Assembly (NCBI GenBank): GCA_963799845.1
Contig: CAWCYI010000004.1
Span: 1,504,001 to 1,568,000, forward strand
DNA: 64,000 nt
Source: an uncultured Nitrososphaerota archaeon
GTDB taxonomy: Archaea > Thermoproteota > Nitrososphaeria > Nitrososphaerales > CADDZS01
Direction of reading: 5' to 3'
Part shown: positions 40,545 through 49,435 of the stretch, piece after piece
Position numbering within the stretch: position 1 is the stretch's first letter
Layout of the letters: each line of letters starts with the position of its first letter
Translations under genes and position numbers: made by a program
The notes under the pieces: generated by a model
Databases searched by the model: none
Told to the model about the DNA's origin: nothing
Seen by the model: only the letters and a program-made list of their open reading frames with translations

Positions 40545-42389
40545 ATGTTCGGGCGTTACAGGAAATTCAAAGCAAAGTGTGGCTACTACCAAAGGAAAGC
40601 TTCGTATATGTTTGCAATCTCCTTAGTGATCCTTAGCGTTTTCGTTTCTCCGCTGCTCCATAGTTCATCTTCTACTGCGCAGCAAGACCAGCTAAATCCC
40701 TCAACATCAAGACAGATTCTCGGTTCTAGTCAATCTTACGGCTCAATCGTGACTAGCGCACAACAGCAAGCTTCGAACTCTACAACCAGTGACATCTGGT
40801 ACAAAGTTGTTGCCCTCCCTCTTTTCAACGATTCGATGCTCGGAGCTTCAAACATCACCTCGTATGACCCGGTGATCCCTGGTCTGGGCAACGTGTACAA
40901 CTTTGTTCTCATAATTGCCATTATCATCATAATGGTGGGTGGAGCGCTTGCCCTAATCTTGAGGAGGATGGGCAAGCAAGGCACGGACTCGATGATAATG
41001 GACGTCATCATCGGCCTTATAGTTGTGATAGCATTTCCCTCGATTTACGACGGCGTGGCGAGGATGATAAACTACCTGACTCAGACATTGATCGCCTATC
41101 CGAATCCATACTACGACTACGGGACAGTCCTACAAACTCTTTGGAACAACATGGAATTTGCCCACGGCTGGAGTTTGTGGACCCTCCTCACAAATAGCTT
41201 CTTTCAGATAGTATTCTTCATCATATCCGGTGTCATCTACATCATGCTCTTCTTCCTCGGAGTTGCGAGGATATTCATCATAGCAGCAATGATTGTCGCT
41301 TTTCCACTCTCGATGGGCCTTCGCCTGATTCCCTTCACGAGGAAGTTAAGCTCCATGATTGACGACACCCTGTTTGGTCTGATGCTCGCTTCCGTAATGA
41401 GCGCTGTTGTTCTTGGAGTGGGTTCGTACATTCTTTCTCCGAATGTCTGGAACTCCTCCTCAGGAAACATCTTCTTTCAAGCTGTAGGTCAGAACGGCGG
41501 CCAGAACTGGGTCGCAGCTGCTGCTCTTCTGACTGCAATCTTGATGCCCACAGTTCTCGCCCCCCTCACTGCTACCGTCTTCCAGGCTGCGTCACAGGTC
41601 GCGATGACGGGTGTGGGAGTTGCCACAATGATTGCATCTGGAGTTGCAACCGGCGGAGCTGGTGGGTTGAGCGCAGCAGGTTCCGCAGTGGGAACCCTTG
41701 GAAAGACCGCACAGATTGCAGGGCAGCCACCTCCTTCCATCCCACAAAAACTGGTGACCGGTATGAAGGCCTTTGGCTCCACCGGTCTTCCCGCGATTGG
41801 ATACAACGTCGCAACCCTTGGGGCTGCAGGATTTGTGAGTGCCGCGGGCGCGGGAGCTGCTGGCTCAGTAATGAGGAAGGCGGCACCGTTACAAACGCCT
41901 CGAGTAATGATTCCGAAAGTTCAAGCACAGCAGGCCTCCCAGATAGGTCAGGCTCACGTTGCTGCTGCCACGGGCTCAATTCAGAAGATAAATTCGATAA
42001 GTTTGGCAGCTACCCCGACCTCAAATGTTCACGTCGTTAATCCAACAACGGGTTCAGCGATGCCTAATTGGTCGAAGTTAAAACTTCCAGAAGGTCAGCG
42101 GCTGGATTTGATTGATCCGAACAACGAAGAACAGCTGAAGAGGTTTGCAGCGAATTTTCCGTCACATCAGAATCTTTCCGATTCCCTTGTTGATAACAAG
42201 ATAATTACCCCGGAAGCCTCCAAAATCCCTGCGGTGCAGGCAGAGATAAGAAAATTACATTCGATAGTGAGGGGACTGGATCCAAAGGATAAGGTACAGA
42301 GCCAGAAGCTAGCGAACCTTCACAACCATCTGAATGCAAGTGGAAAGCTCGGAAGATCTGTTAAAGAAGAAGACTTCAAGACTCCATAG
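40545..42389 (+). CDS. VirB6/TrbL-like polytopic membrane channel protein
   Basis: multiple TMs, RIFIIAAMIVAFPLSMGLRLIP, Gly/Ala-rich C-terminal tail. Confidence 0.7.
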   Translation: MFGRYRKFKAKCGYYQRKASYMFAISLVILSVFVSPLLHSSSSTAQQDQLNPSTSRQILGSSQSYGSIVTSAQQQASNSTTSDIWYKVVALPLFNDSMLGASNITSYDPVIPGLGNVYNFVLIIAIIIIMVGGALALILRRMGKQGTDSMIMDVIIGLIVVIAFPSIYDGVARMINYLTQTLIAYPNPYYDYGTVLQTLWNNMEFAHGWSLWTLLTNSFFQIVFFIISGVIYIMLFFLGVARIFIIAAMIVAFPLSMGLRLIPFTRKLSSMIDDTLFGLMLASVMSAVVLGVGSYILSPNVWNSSSGNIFFQAVGQNGGQNWVAAAALLTAILMPTVLAPLTATVFQAASQVAMTGVGVATMIASGVATGGAGGLSAAGSAVGTLGKTAQIAGQPPPSIPQKLVTGMKAFGSTGLPAIGYNVATLGAAGFVSAAGAGAAGSVMRKAAPLQTPRVMIPKVQAQQASQIGQAHVAAATGSIQKINSISLAATPTSNVHVVNPTTGSAMPNWSKLKLPEGQRLDLIDPNNEEQLKRFAANFPSHQNLSDSLVDNKIITPEASKIPAVQAEIRKLHSIVRGLDPKDKVQSQKLANLHNHLNASGKLGRSVKEEDFKTP

Positions 42390-42455
42390 TCTAAAGAGTC
42401 ATTCGTCGATTCCAGATCGCTTGCTATCTGGGAAAGAGTAAGGATGTATCAACGT

Positions 42456-43022
42456 TCACCGGGATGGGAACTTCTCTTCTGAAATAGACGCTTGGACTAT
42501 TCCCAAAAGAGTTCGCAATGTAGCATCAAAATAGTATCCGTTTTCAACTTTCTCGAGTTTACCCAGAAAGTTCTTCGTGATTCTCAACAGGTCATTGGCG
42601 ATATTGAGAGCTTCACCAAGAGTAAATTTACTAGAAGGATCGCTGGTCCGCTCCTTGCCCAAATGCAAAATTTGGTTGCTCACTTTAATCCAGAATCCGA
42701 GTTCGTTCGTTTCTTTATTTTCATCTTTGATGTTCTCAGTATATGCTGGCCTAGTGAAATCTGTGATGTACATGTTTGCTCTTGGGTAAGAGGTGTCATC
42801 GTATTTTAGTTTTAATCTGTAATAAAATTCGTACAAGACCCGCGAATGAAGCAAAGTATGTTCCAAATTCATGTTGATGAACTGGCGGAATTGCGGAACA
42901 AAATACCTGAAGAGCGTTTTGCAATTCGCAAGCTCAATAACTTCATAGTTGTAGTGATCCGTGATTATCTCTCTTAGTCTTTCTCGTGCATACATATTCT
43001 TTCCCTTTGCATAGAGGGACAT
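42456..43022 (-). CDS. hypothetical protein, HEPN (AbiU2-like) candidate
   Basis: EHTLLHSRVLYEFY and KVSNQILHLGKER (degenerate Rx4-6H); AT-rich. Confidence 0.45.
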   Translation of the reverse strand: MSLYAKGKNMYARERLREIITDHYNYEVIELANCKTLFRYFVPQFRQFINMNLEHTLLHSRVLYEFYYRLKLKYDDTSYPRANMYITDFTRPAYTENIKDENKETNELGFWIKVSNQILHLGKERTSDPSSKFTLGEALNIANDLLRITKNFLGKLEKVENGYYFDATLRTLLGIVQASISEEKFPSR

Positions 43023-43082
43023 TTAGGCATTCAGCCCCCAAATGAGGATAGAGGATTCGTGCTGACAATTGCTCTAATATGC

Positions 43083-44372
43083 TCACACAGCGGACCAACT
43101 AACGGTCTCTCGTTTCTTCATGGGTGATAGTCTGTCTGCAAATTGTCTATTGACAATCGTCGGCCTACATAGAATCACAAGTTTACTATTTTTGGAAGCT
43201 CCTCCACCACAAACTCCGGTCTTTTGTCCGATAAAAGTTCGTAGTCGAGACTTTCCATAAACCGACTCAAGCTGAGGTATGTAGACGCTTTCCAAGTCGT
43301 CGCCGGCGGTTTCGGATGATGAAGAAAGCAAAACTTTGGTTACTCCTTCAGAGTCATAGAGTACTTCAAATGTCCTGACGTTGCGGGAGATTATCTGAGA
43401 AAGCCGCTGTGCTTCGTCTTCCTCCAACGGTTCTTCGAGCGTTGGTATCTTCTTCAGAGCTGCGAGCGGTGGCCAACCCGGTGTACTATCATTCTGCTCG
43501 GCATTGCTTCCATTCTCCTTATTCTCGGGTAGTCGCCCTAATCCTTGTATCTTTGGGCCTACTCGAGTTTCAGGTTCAAGTATTGGCAATTGGACACAAT
43601 CTTCTCCGCTGGATCTCTCGAGTGCGCCAATGTCCCCTCTTGGCATAACCTCTTGAGCCTTCAAAGTTCCGCCGACTGGAAAGTGAGCCGCAGGTTTGAT
43701 CGACGATAGTCCCTTAGCGCTTGCCCCGGTAGGCATGTGAATGTAAAACGGGATTTCGTCAGGACTTAGAATTAGGGAAGGCGGTTCCTCCCTCGAATGT
43801 CCATACCTGTAAATTGAGGGAGAGATATCGGTCACCATCCTTCTGTCAACGAGCATCCTCAGGATCCTAGGATCCCTGTACAAATATGCCTTCAATCGGT
43901 CGGTATCGTCCGAGCATAATGAAAATGGTAATTCCTGAAGTTGGTGCGCGATACTCGTCGGACTGTTTTCGTTCCCAACCCACATCCCATTTATCGCGAA
44001 AATGATCGTCGGCTTGGATAGTATCTGTTCTATCTTCTTTATTCGTTGGGCTGCAAACTTATACCACTGGGTGCTAATCTCCCTCCTGGGTATTTTCTGC
44101 CTTGTGCGCTCGTCATATTCCGATGTATTTGCTAACCGAACGTAATTCTCCATTTCAGTCTTTGTGTACATCAGAAGATGGTTGTAGTCTCTTTGCGAGA
44201 ACAAAAATTGTATCCATGCAAACCTTGGAGTGAATCTCTCAAGTGCCTGAATAGTCTCCCCAATCAGGGATTGCTGGGAATTAAAAACTGGCCTTGCCAT
44301 GAAGTGGCCGTCCCTCAAGGCGAAGTTGAAGAAGAGTACGCGTTTGCTGCCTGCTTTTACGTGAGTCTTCAT
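43083..44372 (-). CDS. hypothetical protein within the transfer region (probable frameshift near 43250, true end about 43178)
   Basis: 429-aa ORF; the alternative frame gives LDYELLSDKRPEFVVEELPKIVNL*. Confidence 0.55.
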   Translation of the reverse strand: MKTHVKAGSKRVLFFNFALRDGHFMARPVFNSQQSLIGETIQALERFTPRFAWIQFLFSQRDYNHLLMYTKTEMENYVRLANTSEYDERTRQKIPRREISTQWYKFAAQRIKKIEQILSKPTIIFAINGMWVGNENSPTSIAHQLQELPFSLCSDDTDRLKAYLYRDPRILRMLVDRRMVTDISPSIYRYGHSREEPPSLILSPDEIPFYIHMPTGASAKGLSSIKPAAHFPVGGTLKAQEVMPRGDIGALERSSGEDCVQLPILEPETRVGPKIQGLGRLPENKENGSNAEQNDSTPGWPPLAALKKIPTLEEPLEEDEAQRLSQIISRNVRTFEVLYDSEGVTKVLLSSSSETAGDDLESVYIPQLESVYGKSRLRTFIGQKTGVCGGGASKNSKLVILCRPTIVNRQFADRLSPMKKRETVSWSAV

Positions 44373-44525
44373 TTCTAAAGCAGAAAAGGAATTGTTGTTC
44401 TTAAGCCTCAGAGAACCGAAGTTGGATCACAGTTTCAAAGTCGATCCATTTTTTCTCCTTAGTTGAATTTAGGCGGCGGCCGTTAAAAGGAAAAGGTCGG
44501 TACAAGCCTTCGAGAGTTTCGACAA

Positions 44526-45113
44526 ATGTCTCTATCAGCAATCGCGTTCTTCATCTATACTCCAATCCCCTATGCAACAATTCTCTGCATAATTCAGTAC
44601 AGACATGACATGTCACAGCTCATACATCCATTAAAAGATAGATGCTCACTCAGAGACTGGAAGTCTGTGTTTGACGATCTTGAGATTGATCACAAGGCAT
44701 CCTCAAGCTCGACTAAAACAGAGGGAATTGTAGGTTTCTCAATTGGACGTCTTCGATTAGATATCTTGGAAAGACATCCAGACATAGGATTTTACGCTTC
44801 TGTGCTTGCAATTGTAACCATCGTTAGTCTGCTTTCTTCCTTGATAGCTGTGCCTGTTTTGACAGGGGGAGACTCTCTTCCTTACTCACGGTTTATTTTG
44901 ATAATCTCAGCTGGGCTTCAGTTTCTCTCTGCGATTCCATCTACCTTCGCCATGCAGCGTTATTTCGGTCCTTTTCCTTCACCCCCTGGGAAATTTCACC
45001 TGAAAAAACGCCGGCCAGGATCACTATTGAGATATGAAAAAACTCTCAATCAACAACAAGTGAAATGTTTTCCAGGAACGATCCTGCGATCAGAAAGGTT
45101 CTGGAGATGCTAA
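44526..45113 (+). CDS. membrane protein
   Basis: three hydrophobic segments; directly upstream of virD4. Confidence 0.5.
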   Translation: MSLSAIAFFIYTPIPYATILCIIQYRHDMSQLIHPLKDRCSLRDWKSVFDDLEIDHKASSSSTKTEGIVGFSIGRLRLDILERHPDIGFYASVLAIVTIVSLLSSLIAVPVLTGGDSLPYSRFILIISAGLQFLSAIPSTFAMQRYFGPFPSPPGKFHLKKRRPGSLLRYEKTLNQQQVKCFPGTILRSERFWRC

Positions 45114-45168
45114 CATAGCGGATTTCTGTTCCTCTTAAGAGATTAAATCCTAGTCAATTAGCAGTCAC

Positions 45169-47532
45169 ATGACTTCAAATGAGCTGACACTAGAAGACCT
45201 CAAGAGCCACGCCTATGTCATAGGTGGAACTCGAACAGGCAAGACGAATCTTCAACTGTTTCTCCTAAACTGTCTGTACTGGAATCGAAATCAGAAGAAG
45301 TATCCATGCGCGATGATCTACATTGACCCTCATGGAGACGCGTCCCTGCAATTAGCGATGATGCAAGACAATTGGAAAGAGCTCGTGATACTCGATCCTC
45401 TTTACACCACTTACGCCCTAAATCCTCTTGAACTCCCTCCTCTACCTCAAACTGGTTCTTCAACCTACAGAAGAGAGAGAACAATGGCTGTTCAAAATCA
45501 AGTCGAGCAGATGTCGATCGTAATGAGAGAGATGTTTTCGACAAGCTCGGAACAGGCTCCTAGATTGATGTGGATGCTGAAGGGGGCTCTGTACTACCTT
45601 TACTCCGAAACAGATCCGACAAACATCGTCCAAGAGCCGGACAAAAGTGAAGACGATGGCGCAGCAGAAACAGAGAATAGCAGAGAACTCGCGACGACTC
45701 AAGAAGAAGAAAGGAAAAACAACGAGATCGGAAAAGATGCAGAAAAGTACGCGAAGCGAAGAGAGACACTCTACCATCCGCATTCTGGATCCACGATAAC
45801 CTTCCTCGATCTCTACTATTTACTGAATGATATGATCCGGATGGATAAGGAAGAGCTTGAAGAGTTGCTGAAGAGTCAACCCATACCCGATGAAGTTGTG
45901 AGCAGGACCATGGAAGCAATATCCAAGCTCGAAGATAACGCGTTCGCAGCTGCCATGAACAGGATCTCCAATTTTGTGCTTCCACTTGCTTCGATCACAG
46001 CGAGGACATTCTGCAAGAGAGATTCCAAGCTTGATTTTTCTGAAATGTTGAAGCCGGGCAGGCTGACAATTTTCAGGATTCCAAAATCAAATCTTCCGGA
46101 AGACTTCTGCACGATGCTGACGAGCGCTATCGTACTGAGAATCTACTTCATGGTTCAAGCCAGGGCTAGGGAACTTGAAAGAGGTGGAGGTGTAGAAGAT
46201 GGCTCATCAACGCAGAGAACATCAGTTCACGTTTTCATCGATGAGTTCCAGAGTATTTCTAAGCTAGGAATCCTTTCCACGATTTTAAGCGAATCAGCAA
46301 AATTCGGATTATATCTCAACATAGCTCATCAGAACATTTCACAGATTCCCGACAACCTCTTTGACGCGATCATAGGAAACGCCGGGATGGTATTTGCCTT
46401 CAGGTTGGGACCCGATGACGGCAGAACGGTCTCGAAACTCATGGCCCCAGATGAAGAGAAGTGGGCGAAGGCGATCGTGCGTCTCCCCAACTGGCTTTCG
46501 GTCGTACGGATGAACCCCAAAGGAGATTCTGCCTTGGCAAGGACTCTCACTTTTGCGGTCCCGAAAGTCCGAGAGTCAGTTCACTCCCAGGGCCAGGTCA
46601 TCAACTACATGAAGTCAGAAATGGAGAAGAGATACGGTAGCGGGGACGAACTCTCGACGAAGGACCGGGAGCCCATTTACAGGGCAGCGATGGAGGGAGC
46701 AAGGAAAGCAAAGGGGCTACCACAGCTCAGACCAATAGAAGAGAACGTTCTCTACATCATCGATTCTAGGCGTATCGACAGCAAGGAGAAGGAGATGAAA
46801 TTCAGGACACTTGCAAGGATAATGCAGGAGCAGTTTGGTTGGAATCTTTCGGTGACCCTCGGCGCTGTCAACACCTTGATCGACAAGGGCTACCTCCACG
46901 ATGTGGGAATATTCTACGATCCATCTCTTGTTGGCAAGTCGGAAGGATCTCTTCTCAACGGAGATGAAAAGGATCGGTCCAGGGAAACCTCCTACGCTTT
47001 GACAGACTACACGAAGAACCGGTTTCTGAACAGAGACCTAAAGGGAAGTAGGGTGGGTAAGAACATTCACTGGAATATGATGAAACACTTGATCCACTAC
47101 TACAGGGAAAGTAAGGGCTTTTCCTGCACAGTGGATTATGGGGATTCTAACGATCGGTGGCCAGACATCATAGTGTATCCATTGAAAACGACCTTTGTCA
47201 GGGACAAGACCGACGGGAGCATCAGGGAGTTGCACGACCCGAACCACTGGGACATCAAGAATAGGTTTGCTATAGAGGTCGAAACGACGCCGAGGAAGAA
47301 CCAGAAGCAGCTAGTGAAAAATTACGACAAGTGCTTCTCGCCTCCCGGTCAATACTCACGCGTCGTATTCTATGTCGGAAGCCAAAAGCATAGGAAGGAC
47401 GTACTCGACCTGTTAAAGAGCAAGTCGCCCGGCACATTTGAAGTGAAACAGCTCGACGGTCAAGCTCTTGGCTTGAAGGATGAAGAGCTTGAGAAAGGAC
47501 TAGCTCTCGAAGAACAGGGCCCGGATTCTTGA
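45169..47532 (+). CDS. virD4: VirD4/TraG-like type IV coupling ATPase with C-terminal wHTH and PD-(D/E)xK nuclease-like domain
   Basis: HAYVIGGTRTGKT, YIDPHGD, VFIDEFQ, SESAKFGL..AHQNISQ, GNAG..FRLG..DG; C-terminal WPDIIV..FAIEVET. Confidence 0.82.
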   Translation: MTSNELTLEDLKSHAYVIGGTRTGKTNLQLFLLNCLYWNRNQKKYPCAMIYIDPHGDASLQLAMMQDNWKELVILDPLYTTYALNPLELPPLPQTGSSTYRRERTMAVQNQVEQMSIVMREMFSTSSEQAPRLMWMLKGALYYLYSETDPTNIVQEPDKSEDDGAAETENSRELATTQEEERKNNEIGKDAEKYAKRRETLYHPHSGSTITFLDLYYLLNDMIRMDKEELEELLKSQPIPDEVVSRTMEAISKLEDNAFAAAMNRISNFVLPLASITARTFCKRDSKLDFSEMLKPGRLTIFRIPKSNLPEDFCTMLTSAIVLRIYFMVQARARELERGGGVEDGSSTQRTSVHVFIDEFQSISKLGILSTILSESAKFGLYLNIAHQNISQIPDNLFDAIIGNAGMVFAFRLGPDDGRTVSKLMAPDEEKWAKAIVRLPNWLSVVRMNPKGDSALARTLTFAVPKVRESVHSQGQVINYMKSEMEKRYGSGDELSTKDREPIYRAAMEGARKAKGLPQLRPIEENVLYIIDSRRIDSKEKEMKFRTLARIMQEQFGWNLSVTLGAVNTLIDKGYLHDVGIFYDPSLVGKSEGSLLNGDEKDRSRETSYALTDYTKNRFLNRDLKGSRVGKNIHWNMMKHLIHYYRESKGFSCTVDYGDSNDRWPDIIVYPLKTTFVRDKTDGSIRELHDPNHWDIKNRFAIEVETTPRKNQKQLVKNYDKCFSPPGQYSRVVFYVGSQKHRKDVLDLLKSKSPGTFEVKQLDGQALGLKDEELEKGLALEEQGPDS

Positions 47533-47582
47533 TGGGCCGGTCAGGAAAGTTCTTGGCGTCGTGACATCCTTCCATGACTAAA

Positions 47583-48754
47583 CAGTAGATGCGAATCAAG
47601 TATGCTTTTCTCGTATGTTAAATGACCCACTCATAATCAGACCGATGAGAGAGAGTTTCATTTGTATTACTTCCACCGATTCGTTCGGATGGAGCAGCTC
47701 TTGGTTGGCATTGTACATGACCCACGAATTGTAGACAAGACATGCAAAGAGATAGTAAAATAACCTTACCACGTAGTTCCTTGATGTTGTTTTATCAGGA
47801 ATTGATTTGACATCCGGTAGCTCGTCTCTATGCCCCAACGATTCTTGAACAATCTCAATACTGTCTCAGCTTTGTAGGGAAGATTGGTTGCAAACAGGTA
47901 CTTGTAATCCTTTGATTTGTCGTAGACCACGACCACATCAAATGACGTTTGTTCGGACTTTCTTCTCCTGTGTCCACTAGTCGTGTATGTGAATCTCCTG
48001 CCATTCCAGAGCCTCATTTTCTTTGTGCTGTAGGTCGGAGCCATTCGGACGATGTACTTGAGTCCAGATTCCTCAAGAAATCTCAGGAAGCCTGTGCTAA
48101 GGAATCCACCGTCAAACACCAAGTATCGAATTCTGATTTCCAGCTCTTCTCGCAGTTTTCGCACAATTTGTTCGGCAGATGAAGCAAGTTCCGCAGCTGA
48201 TTCTAACCCTGTAACAGCTACGATCAGTCTTTCCCCATCTACCAGAACAGAAGCTGTAAGATACTTGAACGCATAATTGCTTCCATCTCGGTGCATGGTT
48301 CCGATGACCATCGGTGTTTCTTCATGATCGCCGTAATACATGACATCGTGCAGATCCACCGCTACGGGGACTGGAAGTCGTAATTTCCGTCGTTTTCGGA
48401 GCTTCTTTACATTCATGTCTACCAAATCATCGAAGATTCGTTTGAGCCTCTCTTCTCTTTGTGATTTGATGTACGAAAGAAGAGTTTCTGCTGTCGGTGA
48501 TTCGTCTAGAGACTTTGAAACACCTTCTGCAAACCCATTCACCAAGCTTGCAGAAATAAGCAGTTTTAGGTGATCGGCTTTTGAGTAAATGGCTCTCTCC
48601 TTGAGGTCGTATGTTAGCAATCCTGAGATACTTTTCTTCACGAATTCATGCAGCTTTCTTGAATTGACCTTCAATGAATGTCGGAAAGAAGCCCTAAGGC
48701 ACGCTGGCCATAATAATTACGGCCGAAAACGCTTGAATTCATTCGCATCTACTG
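47583..48754 (-). mobile_element. ISH3-like (IS4 superfamily) insertion sequence
   Basis: 14-bp TIR cagtagatgcgaat at 47583 and its complement at 48741-48754; no matching TSD. Confidence 0.85.
47596..48674 (-). CDS. ISH3-like DDE transposase (frameshift in A-run near 47790)
   Basis: VAVDLHDVMYYG, VFDGGF, RWGIETSYR, then IKTTSRNYVVRLFY..CLVYN in the shifted frame. Confidence 0.85.
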
Positions 48755-48869
48755 TGAAGCACGTGGGATTTCCCGCTCCTTGGCGTCTTAAATAGGTTTG
48801 ACAATTAGTATCTTTACATCACAAAAAACAAACAAGAAAACACCGAACTGTCCGAGAGTGGATAGAGTA

Positions 48870-49023
48870 TCTGGGCGGAGGTTGCCTCCCGAAAGGAGCT
48901 CCTACCCGAGCATGTCGCGGCTCTTTCCGCATTTTGGAGGCTGGGGATCTTCGTGGCTAGTCCAATCGGCTCGGTTTTCTTTTCTGGTCTGGGATGGCGT
49001 TGCCGCCCGAAAGGCGCTCCTAC
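48870..49023. repeat. two 36-bp hairpin-forming direct repeats (48870-48905, 48988-49023)
   Basis: tctgggNNgNNgttgccNcccgaaaggNgctcctac with a compensatory change in the stem (ctcc/ggag vs cgcc/ggcg). Confidence 0.7.
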
Positions 49024-49035
49024 TCCATCAAGGGC

Positions 49036-49201
49036 AGAAGGGGAACTTGGCTAAAAATACGAGGAGAAAAAGGCATTGGATGTGAAGCGATAGGAACGGA
49101 ACCAGAAAAGACGACTGTAATCCTACGAGTCGATACGATGAAGTTAAGTCAAAGAAAAGCAAGATCAAGTTGATCTCATCAACCGAAGACTACAGGGAAC
49201 C
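49036..49201 (+). pseudogene. orphan 3' remnant of a TIR-type tnpB element (omegaRNA region plus right TIR)
   Basis: translates KGIGCEAIGTEPEKTTVILRVDTMKL, matching the C-termini of both TIR-type TnpBs; ends catcaaccgaagactacagggaacc like element 1 catccgacgaagacaaaacagaacc. Confidence 0.68.
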
Positions 49202-49400
49202 AAGCCATAACGTACTCCTTTTGTGTAACTCGTGCTGTGAACTACCAACGAATAAATCCATTGACTTCCCGCTTCCTTGACTGAAACTTACTGATCTGTC
49301 CGACAGGTAGAGGCAATCTCCCTTTTTGAAGGGGGAGGAGTGAATCGGAAATGCTTGAAACTTTCATCCAGAGTACAACGGAATGATTAATATCAGCTAT

Positions 49401-49430
49401 AGGGTGTATAGTATTAGAGGGTGTATAGTA
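49401..49430 (+). promoter_or_regulatory. tandem 13-bp direct repeat agggtgtatagta, probable operator
   Basis: exact copies at 49401-49413 and 49418-49430, ending 5 nt before the ATG. Confidence 0.6.
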
Positions 49431-49435
49431 AGAAA

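Noticed and set aside
47578-48759. Target-site duplication around the ISH3-like element
   Set aside because: The flanks ctaaa and tgaag do not match, so no TSD is claimed.
48900-48960. HDV-like ribozyme (cccagcctcc and ggcaac on the minus strand)
   Set aside because: The P1/P3/P1.1 pairings of the HDV fold could not be built from the surrounding sequence.
48870-49023. CRISPR mini-array with the TnpBs as Cas12f effectors
   Set aside because: There are only two imperfect units, the spacer is 82 bp, and no cas1/cas2 or array lies next to any tnpB.
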